From assembly GCF_001435975.1 (NCBI RefSeq), contig NZ_AYYR01000022.1:1-24000 (forward strand): a DNA stretch of 24,000 bases, in the 5' to 3' direction. The translations under genes and the position numbers were made by a program. The stretch is from Secundilactobacillus collinoides DSM 20515 = JCM 1123. Lineage in GTDB: Bacteria; Bacillota; Bacilli; Lactobacillales; Lactobacillaceae. The notes beneath the pieces are model-generated. The model was not told the origin of the DNA, ran no database searches, and worked only from the letters and a program-made list of their open reading frames with translations. Of the stretch, positions 16,159-24,000 are shown in pieces. Within the stretch, counting starts at the first letter, position 1; each line of letters opens with the position of its first letter.

Positions 16159-16311
16159 TATTGATTGATTCTCCTTTTAAATACTGTTTCTTTGTCATTA
16201 TTTTACCGCTATTTTTGTGGCATAACACAATGAAAATAAAGCGTATACATTTTATAGTTAAAAGTGAAATAAAACACAATGTATTTTTGTATCGTGATAG
16301 GAGGAAATATC

Positions 16312-18117
16312 ATGAAAGATGGTATGTATACAGCAACTGGTCAGGGACAAGACGGTGAGTTAACGGTCAAAGTCACAGTTACGGACGGCAAACTAGCAGA
16401 TGTTGAAGTGGTCGACAATCATGAGACCCCAGGTGTTTCAGAAAAAGCCTTAACGGAAATTCCCAAAAGAATAGTTGACGGTCAATCCTACAACGTTGAT
16501 GTTGTTTCAGGTGCCACCAAAACATCACAGGGCATTTCTGGCGCGGTCAAAGCTGCCTTAGTCCAAGCAGATGTGGGAGAAGCCTTTAGTGCTCACGTTA
16601 CACAAACGTCTGCCGACGACCAGCCTGTCAAACATTTATCTGCCGATCTGGTCATCATCGGTGCCGGTCCAGCAGGGTTAGCTGCCGCAGTCACAGCTGG
16701 CGAACACGGTCTCAAAGCTGCCGTTTTCGAAAAGAATGGTGTGGCCGGGGGAACTGCCAATATGGGGATGGGACCGCTGGGCATCGATACGGACATTCAA
16801 CGCAAGGGCTTCAATGACATTTCCGTCCCCGAAGCCCTTGAAGAGCACATGACTTACACTCATTACAGAGTTGATGAAGACCTCGTTCAAACCTATTTCA
16901 ATCTTTCTGCAAATACTATCCAATGGTTGGAAGACATGGGGGTTAAGTTTGCTGGTGCTTTCAAGTACTTCAAGGAATCAAACGCCACTTGGCATGTTGT
17001 TCAGCCGGATGATGGCAGTCAACCAGGGCCAGGGGCAGCTGCGGACATGAACAAACATCTGAAAGCGCGAGCAGAAGCCCTTGGTGCCACTTTTTATCTT
17101 GAAACACCAGCCACCGCAATTACTCGAAACAACGGCCAGATCACTGGGGTTACAGCTCAGGCCACTAACGGTCAACGTTACAATGTGACTACACAAGCTG
17201 TATTGGTTGCGACTGGTGGGTTCGGATCCAATAAGAAAATGCTGCACGACGAACTCGGCTTGAATTTAAACGAAGATTTCTTCACGTTCAACGTTCCAGG
17301 AATTGAAGGCGACGGCTTACGGATGATGTGGCAGGCAGGTGCCAAGAAAGACACCGCGTCAGAAAACGTCGAAACGATTTATTTGCTCCCCGATAATTTT
17401 CAGTATTTTAACGCTGACGCAGCGTTCAGACAGCCGAACCTTCTGATTAATCAGCGCGGTGACCGGTTCATGAACGAGGGTGACATGGGGAATACAACGT
17501 TCACTGGAAATGCTTTGCGATTGCAACCAGGTAACTATGCGTACTGCATTATGGATCAAGCAATGTTGGACGACTACAAGTCAAATGGTCCGGCCATTGC
17601 GGACATCGTACACCCAGCCAGTTGCTTTGTTGATGCTGAAGATGAGATCAAGAAGGCCATCGCAAACGACTACGAAGGTATTATTGTGGCGGACACTTTG
17701 TCAGAACTGGCTGACAAACTGTGTATTGATGAGGCTAAGCTGCAAGACACAATCGATCACTACAACCAGCTTTGTGTACAGAATCTCGATACGGATTTTC
17801 ACAAACCAGCGAAGTTTTTGAAACCAATTCGCGGGAATGGCCGCTATATTGTTGGCAAGTACTTCACCGGTGCTTATTCAACGTTGGGCGGTATTCGGAC
17901 CAACAAGCTTGGCGAAGTTTACGCGGGTGCCGATGAAATCGTCCCGGGTTTGTATAGTGCCGGTCAGGATGCTAATACCATCTATGGCGACAGCTATAAC
18001 TTTACGTTGCCGGGCAATTCCATGGGATTCGCTGTAAATTCCGGACGGATGGCAGCGGATGGTCTTGCAGCCTACTTAAAGGCGACCGGGTCTGCGAAAA
18101 CGCCGGTTGGGGCATAG
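16312..18117 (+). CDS. FMN_bind-domain + FAD_binding_2 flavoprotein reductase (flavinylated fumarate/urocanate-reductase-like), 601 aa
   Basis: The N-terminal ~85 aa form an FMN_bind domain with the covalent-flavinylation motif SGAT (16507-16518). This is followed by DLVIIGAGPAGLAAAVTAGEHGLKAAVFEKNGVAGG and a C-terminal GLYSAGQDA...GNSMGFAVNSGR. ATG 16312 is preceded by TAGGAGGA. No signal peptide. Confidence 0.88.
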   Translation: MKDGMYTATGQGQDGELTVKVTVTDGKLADVEVVDNHETPGVSEKALTEIPKRIVDGQSYNVDVVSGATKTSQGISGAVKAALVQADVGEAFSAHVTQTSADDQPVKHLSADLVIIGAGPAGLAAAVTAGEHGLKAAVFEKNGVAGGTANMGMGPLGIDTDIQRKGFNDISVPEALEEHMTYTHYRVDEDLVQTYFNLSANTIQWLEDMGVKFAGAFKYFKESNATWHVVQPDDGSQPGPGAAADMNKHLKARAEALGATFYLETPATAITRNNGQITGVTAQATNGQRYNVTTQAVLVATGGFGSNKKMLHDELGLNLNEDFFTFNVPGIEGDGLRMMWQAGAKKDTASENVETIYLLPDNFQYFNADAAFRQPNLLINQRGDRFMNEGDMGNTTFTGNALRLQPGNYAYCIMDQAMLDDYKSNGPAIADIVHPASCFVDAEDEIKKAIANDYEGIIVADTLSELADKLCIDEAKLQDTIDHYNQLCVQNLDTDFHKPAKFLKPIRGNGRYIVGKYFTGAYSTLGGIRTNKLGEVYAGADEIVPGLYSAGQDANTIYGDSYNFTLPGNSMGFAVNSGRMAADGLAAYLKATGSAKTPVGA

Positions 18118-18172
18118 TAGCACGTAAAGCAAGATGGATTGAAAAGTGTTGATTTTTGAAGGAGCGATTTTT

Positions 18173-20212
18173 ATGAGTCAAGCACCTATTATTGAACATC
18201 CGGGTATGGTCAAGTATCCTCATCTATTTAGTCCGGTGACGATTCGCGGTAAACGATATAAAAACCGGATGATTGCAGCACCAACGATGTTTATGCATGC
18301 GAGTTATTTCATTCCTAAAATGCGAGAGAATATCTATCGGATGGTTGAACAACGTGCTGCCGGTGGATTTGGTTGTGTTTCGACCGGTGAAATGCCACTG
18401 AATTTTGAAGAAGCGCGGACACTATTCCAAGAGCGCAAGATTGATTTTACAAAATATGTCGGTCCTGATTTTGAAATCGCCAAAGCATACGCGGACCGCA
18501 TTCGTGCCAAAGGTGCACTGTCCTACATGGAATTCTCACATGAAGGCAGCCAAGCAGCTGAAGCAAAGGTACCTTGGGGTCCTGAAGACATGACGCGTGA
18601 CGACGGTGTCAAGGTTAAAGGCATGGATGAGGCAATGATGGCCAAAGTCTGCAACGACTTTTACCAGATTTCTCGATTTGCGAAAAAATGCGGTTTTGAT
18701 GGTGTAATGCTTCATGGTGGCCATGGCTTCCTGCTTCAACAATTTATCTCACCATGGACAAACCACCGAACTGATCAATATGGTGGCAGTATGGCCAATC
18801 GCTCTCGCTTTCCAAAAATGATTTTGGAGGCCTGTCGAAAAGGAATCGGTGAGGACGGTATTCTTGAATTACGGTTCTCCGCGGAAGACGGTGTACCTGG
18901 AGGCATGACCATTGATGACACGGTAGAATTCTGCAAAGAAATTGACGGCATGGCCGACATTTTACACATTTCCAACGGTCTAAAATGGTTGGGTAATCAA
19001 ACGAAGACGTTCTCATCATTCTTGGAACCTCACGGGTTAAATGTAGAATATGCTGCAAAAATCAAAGCGGCGGTCAAAAAATCGTATGTTGCTACAATTG
19101 GCGGTTTTAACGGTCCCGAGTTGGCCGAAAAAGTGATTGCAGAAGGTAAAGCAGATTTTGTTGAATTTGGTCGTCAATGTTTTGCAGATCCGAACATGCC
19201 AAATAAGGCACTTGATGGCGAGGAAGATAGTATTCGCCGCTGTGTGCGCTGCTTCAACTGTTATCCAGGATTTTGCGAACATCCAACTGATATTCCATTG
19301 GATAAGAAAATTGGCCCTGAAAAGGCTGCCAAAATATACTCGCCGTTGTCGATGGGGCAGTGTGCTATTAACCCCGAAAGCGGCTTCGGGTTTTATCCTG
19401 ATTCTCTGCCGACGCCACAGTCAGCACATAAAGTCCTGGTAATTGGCGGCGGTGTTGGTGGTTTGCAGGCGGCTATTACAGCTAAGAAGCGTGGCCATGA
19501 CGTTGTGTTGGTTGAACAATCAGACCATTTAGGCGGGACAGTTAATTTCACGAACGAAGATGAAGACAAAATTGATTTGCGTAACGCCAAAAATGTAATT
19601 ATTCGTGATGCTGAGAAGAGTGGTGCGGATATTCGACTTAATACTGAGGCTAATGCAGATCTTATCAAAAAAGAAAACCCGGATGATGTCATCATCGCTG
19701 TGGGTGCCCACTCAGTTGTGCCCAATATTCCTGGCATTGAAAAAGCCACGAATGCCTTAGACGCTTACGCTGAAATGAATCATCTTGGCAAGCACATTGT
19801 TATTGTTGGTGGCGGTCTGGTTGGTTGTGAAGTTGGCCTTCATTTAGCCCGTCATGGCAAAGATGTCACAGTTGTTGAAATGCAGGATATGATGGCGGAA
19901 GAGACTTTCGGTTATTATCGCAACGCGTTGTTAAATGAGATGGATCATCGACACATGAAACAAGTTCTTAAAGCCAAATGTATTGCGTTTACGGATGATG
20001 GTGTTTTGATTGAAAAAGAGGGACAGCAGCAACTATTGAAGGCAGATTCTACCTGTTTTTCGATGGGGATGGCGTCAAATAGTGACACCGTAGACAATCT
20101 AAAACGTGACGCAGCTGATGCAAAGACCTGGGTCATTGGTGATGCAGATCACGCGGGGAAGGTGGCAGATGCTGTCCGAAGTGGTTACATGGCAGCAATG
20201 AAAATTATTTAA
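18173..20212 (+). CDS. Old-Yellow-Enzyme-type NADH:flavin oxidoreductase fused to an FAD/NAD(P)-binding domain with an Fe-S cysteine cluster (2-enoate reductase / 2,4-dienoyl-CoA reductase / BaiCD-BaiH class), 679 aa
   Basis: OYE TIM-barrel motifs: FDGVMLHGGHGFLLQQFISP..N.R.D.YGGS..NR.RF. Cys cluster CVRCFNCYPGFC...QCAINP at 19241-19363. Two Rossmann motifs: VLVIGGGVGGLQAA and IVIVGGGLVGCEVG. ATG 18173 is preceded by GAAGGAG and lies 55 nt after the upstream gene. Confidence 0.88.
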   Translation: MSQAPIIEHPGMVKYPHLFSPVTIRGKRYKNRMIAAPTMFMHASYFIPKMRENIYRMVEQRAAGGFGCVSTGEMPLNFEEARTLFQERKIDFTKYVGPDFEIAKAYADRIRAKGALSYMEFSHEGSQAAEAKVPWGPEDMTRDDGVKVKGMDEAMMAKVCNDFYQISRFAKKCGFDGVMLHGGHGFLLQQFISPWTNHRTDQYGGSMANRSRFPKMILEACRKGIGEDGILELRFSAEDGVPGGMTIDDTVEFCKEIDGMADILHISNGLKWLGNQTKTFSSFLEPHGLNVEYAAKIKAAVKKSYVATIGGFNGPELAEKVIAEGKADFVEFGRQCFADPNMPNKALDGEEDSIRRCVRCFNCYPGFCEHPTDIPLDKKIGPEKAAKIYSPLSMGQCAINPESGFGFYPDSLPTPQSAHKVLVIGGGVGGLQAAITAKKRGHDVVLVEQSDHLGGTVNFTNEDEDKIDLRNAKNVIIRDAEKSGADIRLNTEANADLIKKENPDDVIIAVGAHSVVPNIPGIEKATNALDAYAEMNHLGKHIVIVGGGLVGCEVGLHLARHGKDVTVVEMQDMMAEETFGYYRNALLNEMDHRHMKQVLKAKCIAFTDDGVLIEKEGQQQLLKADSTCFSMGMASNSDTVDNLKRDAADAKTWVIGDADHAGKVADAVRSGYMAAMKII

Positions 20213-20224
20213 TTGAATAACCAA

Positions 20225-20291
20225 GTGTAACCCCCAAAAATGGCCACGTGTCAGTTATCAAAACACGTGTCACAACGGGGGTTCACTTTTT
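20225..20291 (+). terminator. Compound rho-independent terminator after the reductase operon
   Basis: Outer stem GTG(T)AACCCCC (20225-20235) pairs with GGGGGTTCAC (20277-20286). An inner 7-bp stem forms between the two CACGTG copies. T5 follows at 20287-20291. Confidence 0.7.
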
Positions 20292-20318
20292 GATGGATGC
20301 AGATGAGGAGGATTTTAT

Positions 20319-21707
20319 ATGACGAAACAGATTAAAAGCCCGTTTTTGGTCGTCTTGGGTGTTTTAGTCATTAATTTTTTAGGATTGTTTTCAGAAACGG
20401 CATTGAATATTGCGTTGCCTCAAATCGGGAAGACCTTCCAAGCAAGTTCCGGGCAAACACAATGGCTCGTTTTGGGATATACCATGGTCATTGGCATTGT
20501 TTTGCCGTTAACGACATTGATTTCGCGGTGGGTGAAAGCTAAAACGATTTTGGCTTTTGCGGCAATCGTGTTTATCTTCGGGGCGGTGGTTGCTGCGTTG
20601 GCACCCAACTTTACCTGGTTGTTCGTTGGTCGGACGATTCAAGGCATCAGCACTGGACTATTCATGCCACTCCTGTTTTCGGTAACGTTACTGGTGTATC
20701 CCAGTAACAAATTAGGCACGGCCATGGGCATCATTGCGGTGGTAATGAACTTTGCACCGGCAATTGGCCCCTCGCTTTCCGGTGTTATTGTAAACTATTT
20801 GTCGTGGCGGTGGATATTCATTATCTTTGTGCCGATTTCAATCGTTGCGCTGATACTTATTTTGCTGACGGTGCCGGATGTTATCGAGCAGACTAAGCCA
20901 AAAGTTGATCTGCTTTCGGTTTTAGATTCAATACTGGGGTTTGGCTTGTTGATCACTGCAGTTGGGTTGTTCAGTACCGTTGGGTTTAGCTCAGTCGGTG
21001 TATATGTTTTATTGGCGGTTGCCATAATTTTTGTTGTGGTTTACGTTCGCCGACAGCTCAAATTGGTGAACCCAGTTCTGAATTTTAAAATTTTTAAATC
21101 ACGAAAGTACACAATTGCGGCGATTATTGCAACATTGAATTTTGCGATGATCATGGCTGCAATGTACATCATTCCTCAAATGTTGCAGAGCGGACTTCGG
21201 TTTTCGGTCAGCGAGGCGGGATTGATTTTGCTGCCAGCGGGACTGGTCAACGCCTTTGTATCGCTCATGGCGGGTCACTTATATGACTCGTTTGGAGCAA
21301 AAAAACTGGTTCGAATCGGCGCATTACTTGCGTTGATCGGTATTTTGCTATTGTTGCGTGTGCACTCAAATTCATCACTTTGGTACGTCATCGGGGTGGA
21401 TATTATTTTAATGGCCGGGTCGGGACTATTGCTGTCACCAGCACAAAGTTATGGACTCGGTGATCTGAGCGGAACTGATTCAAACGACGGCAGTACGATT
21501 ATGAACACACTGCAACAAGTGTTTGGCGCGTTGTCGGTCTCGATTGCGACAACGTTTTTGATTATTGGTCAACATGTGAGTGACAGTAATCACAGTTGGA
21601 TTCGATATATGTCTGGCGCACACATGTCCTTTTTATGGGTCACGATTCTGATGGTTGGGTTGACGTTTTTTGCTTTTAAGATTGTTGACGAAACGGAACA
21701 CTCTTAA
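20319..21707 (+). CDS. MFS transporter, DHA2 (EmrB/QacA/LmrB-like, 14-TMS-type) drug:H+ antiporter family, 462 aa
   Basis: Highly hydrophobic throughout. MFS motif A-like GRTIQGISTG. The size and helix count are typical of DHA2. GAGGAGG RBS. Confidence 0.85.
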   Translation: MTKQIKSPFLVVLGVLVINFLGLFSETALNIALPQIGKTFQASSGQTQWLVLGYTMVIGIVLPLTTLISRWVKAKTILAFAAIVFIFGAVVAALAPNFTWLFVGRTIQGISTGLFMPLLFSVTLLVYPSNKLGTAMGIIAVVMNFAPAIGPSLSGVIVNYLSWRWIFIIFVPISIVALILILLTVPDVIEQTKPKVDLLSVLDSILGFGLLITAVGLFSTVGFSSVGVYVLLAVAIIFVVVYVRRQLKLVNPVLNFKIFKSRKYTIAAIIATLNFAMIMAAMYIIPQMLQSGLRFSVSEAGLILLPAGLVNAFVSLMAGHLYDSFGAKKLVRIGALLALIGILLLLRVHSNSSLWYVIGVDIILMAGSGLLLSPAQSYGLGDLSGTDSNDGSTIMNTLQQVFGALSVSIATTFLIIGQHVSDSNHSWIRYMSGAHMSFLWVTILMVGLTFFAFKIVDETEHS

Positions 21708-21721
21708 GAATGGAGAAACTT

Positions 21722-22237
21722 ATGATGAAAAAACAACTGCACGGTCTTGCCTTATTTAGAGTATGTTGTATCGCAATTGTCATTGTTTTTTGTATTATTA
21801 GTTTGATTAAATTACCTGAGATTCTTTTCGGGAATGTCACCGGTTGGTTACCTGTTGTTATGTTAAGTCTGTACGTTGCTATTGCAATGCCACAGGGGAT
21901 GAACTATTCGCTATTGATGGAATGCTTGTTTGGCACCATATATGGCATGATTATGGGCACCGTTTTTTCAATTTTTATGCCAGGTATCGCCATTGGATTT
22001 TGGCTACTGCTTTCCTGTCGCCTTTCTGGACATTTTCCTGTTGTGATGAATGACTATGGCCTGACCATTGCTACCGTGTTTGCAATTCCAGGTGTGGCTG
22101 GACTCAACCACATGATGATGGCTGTGCCGACATTCATTGTAGGTGCCATCATTGTTACTGTGCTGACAGTAGTTATCGTCCAACATAGAACTAAGAAGGC
22201 GGTTGTCACGACGCAACATCCCGTCAGTGGTCGATAG
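21722..22237 (+). CDS. Small integral membrane protein of unknown function (about 5 TM helices)
   Basis: The ORF starts 2 nt after the MFS stop. Candidate starts are ATG 21710, 21722 and 21725; GGAGAA at 21712-21717 favours the latter two. It loosely resembles the FUSC/ArAE-type exporter N-terminal region, which is weak evidence. Confidence 0.6.
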   Translation: MMKKQLHGLALFRVCCIAIVIVFCIISLIKLPEILFGNVTGWLPVVMLSLYVAIAMPQGMNYSLLMECLFGTIYGMIMGTVFSIFMPGIAIGFWLLLSCRLSGHFPVVMNDYGLTIATVFAIPGVAGLNHMMMAVPTFIVGAIIVTVLTVVIVQHRTKKAVVTTQHPVSGR

Positions 22238-22427
22238 CCGATAAATGTCGAATCGACTGTGTCGGTAAATTCACGTGAAATCGTAATTAGACTTGAAGAA
22301 ATACTGTAAATTTTATTGAGATAATAATAACGCGCCCCACCTGCGTTAGCCATGCTCTAAATTTTCCAAAGTGCTAACATTAGGTAAGGAGCGCTTTTTG
22401 AGTACTCTCGATAAGGGAGGATGCTAT

Positions 22428-23813
22428 ATGAACAGACAGATTAAAAGCCCATTTATGGTTGTTTTGGGTGTTTTAGTCATAAATTTTTTAGGATTATTTT
22501 CGGAAACCGCGCTGAATATTGCGCTGCCACAGATTGGTAAAAGTTTTCAAGTTAGCTCCGGACAGACTCAGTGGCTGGTCCTTGGGTACACGATGGTGGT
22601 GGGTATCGTTTTGCCACTGACAACTCTGATTTCACGGTGGGTAAAGCCAAAAATTATTTTAGCGTTTGCTGCCATCGTGTTTATTTTGGGTTCACTTATT
22701 GCTGTGTTGGCACCAACGTTTGCCTGGTTATTTATTGGCCGGACGATTCAGGGGATTAGTACTGGACTGTTCATCCCGTTATTGTTTGCTGTCACGTTAT
22801 TAGTTTATCCGGCAAATAAATTGGGGTCAGCAATGGGTATCATTGCCGTGGTCATGAATTTTGCACCGGCACTTGGACCGTCGCTTTCCGGTATCATCGT
22901 CAATTGTCTTTCATGGCGCTGGATTTTCATTATCTTTATTCCGATTGCTGTGGTTGCACTGATATTAATTCTGCTGACAGTGCCAGATGTGATTAAACAA
23001 ACTAAACCAGAGGTCCATTTTTTATCGGTTTTATATTCTGTTTTAGGGTTCGGATTACTAATCACTGCCGTTGGGATGTTCAGTGACTACGGGTTCAAAA
23101 ATATTGGGTTATATGCCTTATTGGCAGTCGCCATTCTTTTCGTGGTGATTTATGTTCGGCGGCAGCTTAAATTACCGGCGCCGATCTTAAATTTTAAAAT
23201 CTTCCATTCAAAGAAATATGCGCTGGCAACCATTATTGCAAGCCTAAATTTTGCGATGGTGATGGCAGCAATGTACATTCTGCCACAGATGTTGCAGAGC
23301 GGGCTTCAATTTTCTGTGAGCGAGGCCGGATTGATTCTGCTACCGGCAGGGGTTGTTAACGCCTTTGTTGCGTTGATGGCCGGACGCTTATACGATTCAT
23401 TTGGTGCCAAAGGACTTGTCCAAATCGGTGCCATACTTGCACTGATTGGCATTTTGCTGTTATTACGCGTGCAAGCTGGCACTTCACTATGGTATATCAT
23501 CGGTGTCGATATCATCTTAATGGCTGGCTCTGGGCTTTTGCTCTCACCCGCCCAAAGTTATGGCCTGGGCGATCTGGGTGATAAGGATTCAAACGATGGC
23601 AGTACCATTATGAACACCCTGCAACAGGTTTTTGGTGCGTTATCTGTTTCGGTGGCGACAACTTTTTTGATTGTTGGCCAACACGCGAGTCAAAGCAGCA
23701 GTGGCGCTGTTAGGTACGTAGCAGGTGCGCATGTTTCCTTCCTTTGGGTGACGGTGCTACTGGTTTGCTTAACGTTTTTTGCTTTTCGGCTTGTAGATGA
23801 GAGAAGACAATAG
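22428..23813 (+). CDS. MFS transporter, DHA2 family, paralogue of 20319..21707, 461 aa
   Basis: Collinear with the first copy over its full length and, by eye, roughly four-fifths identical in protein. ATG 22428 is preceded by AAGGGAGGA; the ORF-track extension back to 22371 is rejected. Confidence 0.88.
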   Translation: MNRQIKSPFMVVLGVLVINFLGLFSETALNIALPQIGKSFQVSSGQTQWLVLGYTMVVGIVLPLTTLISRWVKPKIILAFAAIVFILGSLIAVLAPTFAWLFIGRTIQGISTGLFIPLLFAVTLLVYPANKLGSAMGIIAVVMNFAPALGPSLSGIIVNCLSWRWIFIIFIPIAVVALILILLTVPDVIKQTKPEVHFLSVLYSVLGFGLLITAVGMFSDYGFKNIGLYALLAVAILFVVIYVRRQLKLPAPILNFKIFHSKKYALATIIASLNFAMVMAAMYILPQMLQSGLQFSVSEAGLILLPAGVVNAFVALMAGRLYDSFGAKGLVQIGAILALIGILLLLRVQAGTSLWYIIGVDIILMAGSGLLLSPAQSYGLGDLGDKDSNDGSTIMNTLQQVFGALSVSVATTFLIVGQHASQSSSGAVRYVAGAHVSFLWVTVLLVCLTFFAFRLVDERRQ

Positions 23814-23914
23814 CTCTTTTTTAAGTCAAGAAGAGCGCTCAAGCGTCACTATTGTGTCCTCTGGAAGCATCGGGTATCAGACTTATCCGCAGTAGAAATT
23901 TAAATCTAGAAATT

Positions 23915-23955
23915 AAAAAAACGCTAGTGAGAAATAATCACGGCGTTTCTTTTTG
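23915..23955. terminator. Rho-independent terminator, A-run/T-run flanked and possibly bidirectional
   Basis: Stem AAACGCT(A)GTGA (23919-23930) pairs with TCACGGCGTTT (23938-23948) around a 7-nt loop. It is followed by TTTCTTTTT. It lies ~100 nt downstream of the second MFS stop. Confidence 0.6.
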
Positions 23956-24000
23956 TTCTTATTATCGAGTTGATTCATTTTTAATCAATTTTACAGGTAA

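Noticed and set aside
16161-16358. A 65-aa plus-strand ORF in the PucR/reductase divergent spacer, and the ORF-track start at 16279 for the reductase.
   Set aside because: It sits in AT-rich promoter DNA with no RBS and overlaps the real start region in another frame. TAGGAGGA followed by ATG 16312 is the convincing start of the reductase.
22238-22427. A 190-bp leader before the second MFS gene, with small palindromes (GTCGA-A-TCGAC at ~22249-22259, the GTTAGC...GCTAAC pair, and GAGTACTC). I considered a riboswitch, T-box or attenuator.
   Set aside because: I recognise no conserved riboswitch or T-box core sequence. The stems are short and are not followed by U-runs, so there is not enough evidence to call a feature.
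23913-23978. A 21-codon minus-strand mini-ORF (MNQLDNKNKKKRRDYFSLAFF) at the right edge of the window.
   Set aside because: It overlaps the terminator hairpin and its A/T runs, has no RBS, and is most likely fortuitous.
1-24000. I looked for CRISPR arrays, rRNA/tRNA genes, IS elements, integrases and long terminal repeats. I also looked for GATC avoidance as a footprint of the Sau3AI-type system.
   Set aside because: I saw no regularly spaced repeats, no tRNA-like cloverleaf candidates and no transposase or integrase motifs in any of the six frames. GATC sites are easy to find throughout (e.g. near 24, 785, 1212), so there is no obvious avoidance. A proper observed/expected count was not computed.

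Overview
This 24-kb window looks like a Lactobacillaceae-type chromosome. That is a guess from protein families and base composition, with no search run. It has two compositionally distinct parts.

Part 1 (1 to ~9.2 kb) is visibly AT-rich and is an accessory island made almost entirely of DNA-modification and defence genes:
- a DCTPP1/MazG-like NTP pyrophosphohydrolase;
- a GIY-YIG + DUF2075 P-loop NTPase, interrupted by one in-frame TAA;
- Vsr;
- a complete Sau3AI-type R-M pair (m5C methyltransferase plus a MutH-fold GATC endonuclease) with separate promoters;
- a MutL/MORC-like GHKL ATPase with a PD-(D/E)xK-like tail, disrupted by one frameshift and two stops;
- a convergent protein with an SRA-like N-terminus and an HNH C-terminus, a candidate modification-dependent nuclease.
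No integrase, transposase, tRNA or CRISPR array is visible. The left end of the island lies outside the window.

Part 2 (~9.2 to 24 kb) has higher GC and looks like core chromosome:
- a LysR regulator with a GNAT acetyltransferase;
- a small secreted Tyr/Lys-rich protein;
- a redox cluster: an SDR + FAD reductase operon, TetR and PucR regulators, and a divergent operon encoding an FMN_bind-FAD reductase and an OYE/2-enoate-reductase-type flavo-FeS enzyme;
- two tandem paralogous DHA2-type MFS transporters bracketing a small membrane protein.

The most interesting hypotheses are:
- an R-M system accompanied by a mismatch-repair-like trio (MutH-like nuclease, Vsr, MutL-like ATPase);
- a MazG-like + GIY-YIG/DUF2075 gene pair;
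- an m5C writer sitting beside a putative m5C-dependent nuclease;
- selective inactivation of both NTPase genes while every nuclease and methylase ORF stays intact.

All family assignments come from motifs read by eye. No database search, alignment score or statistic was computed.
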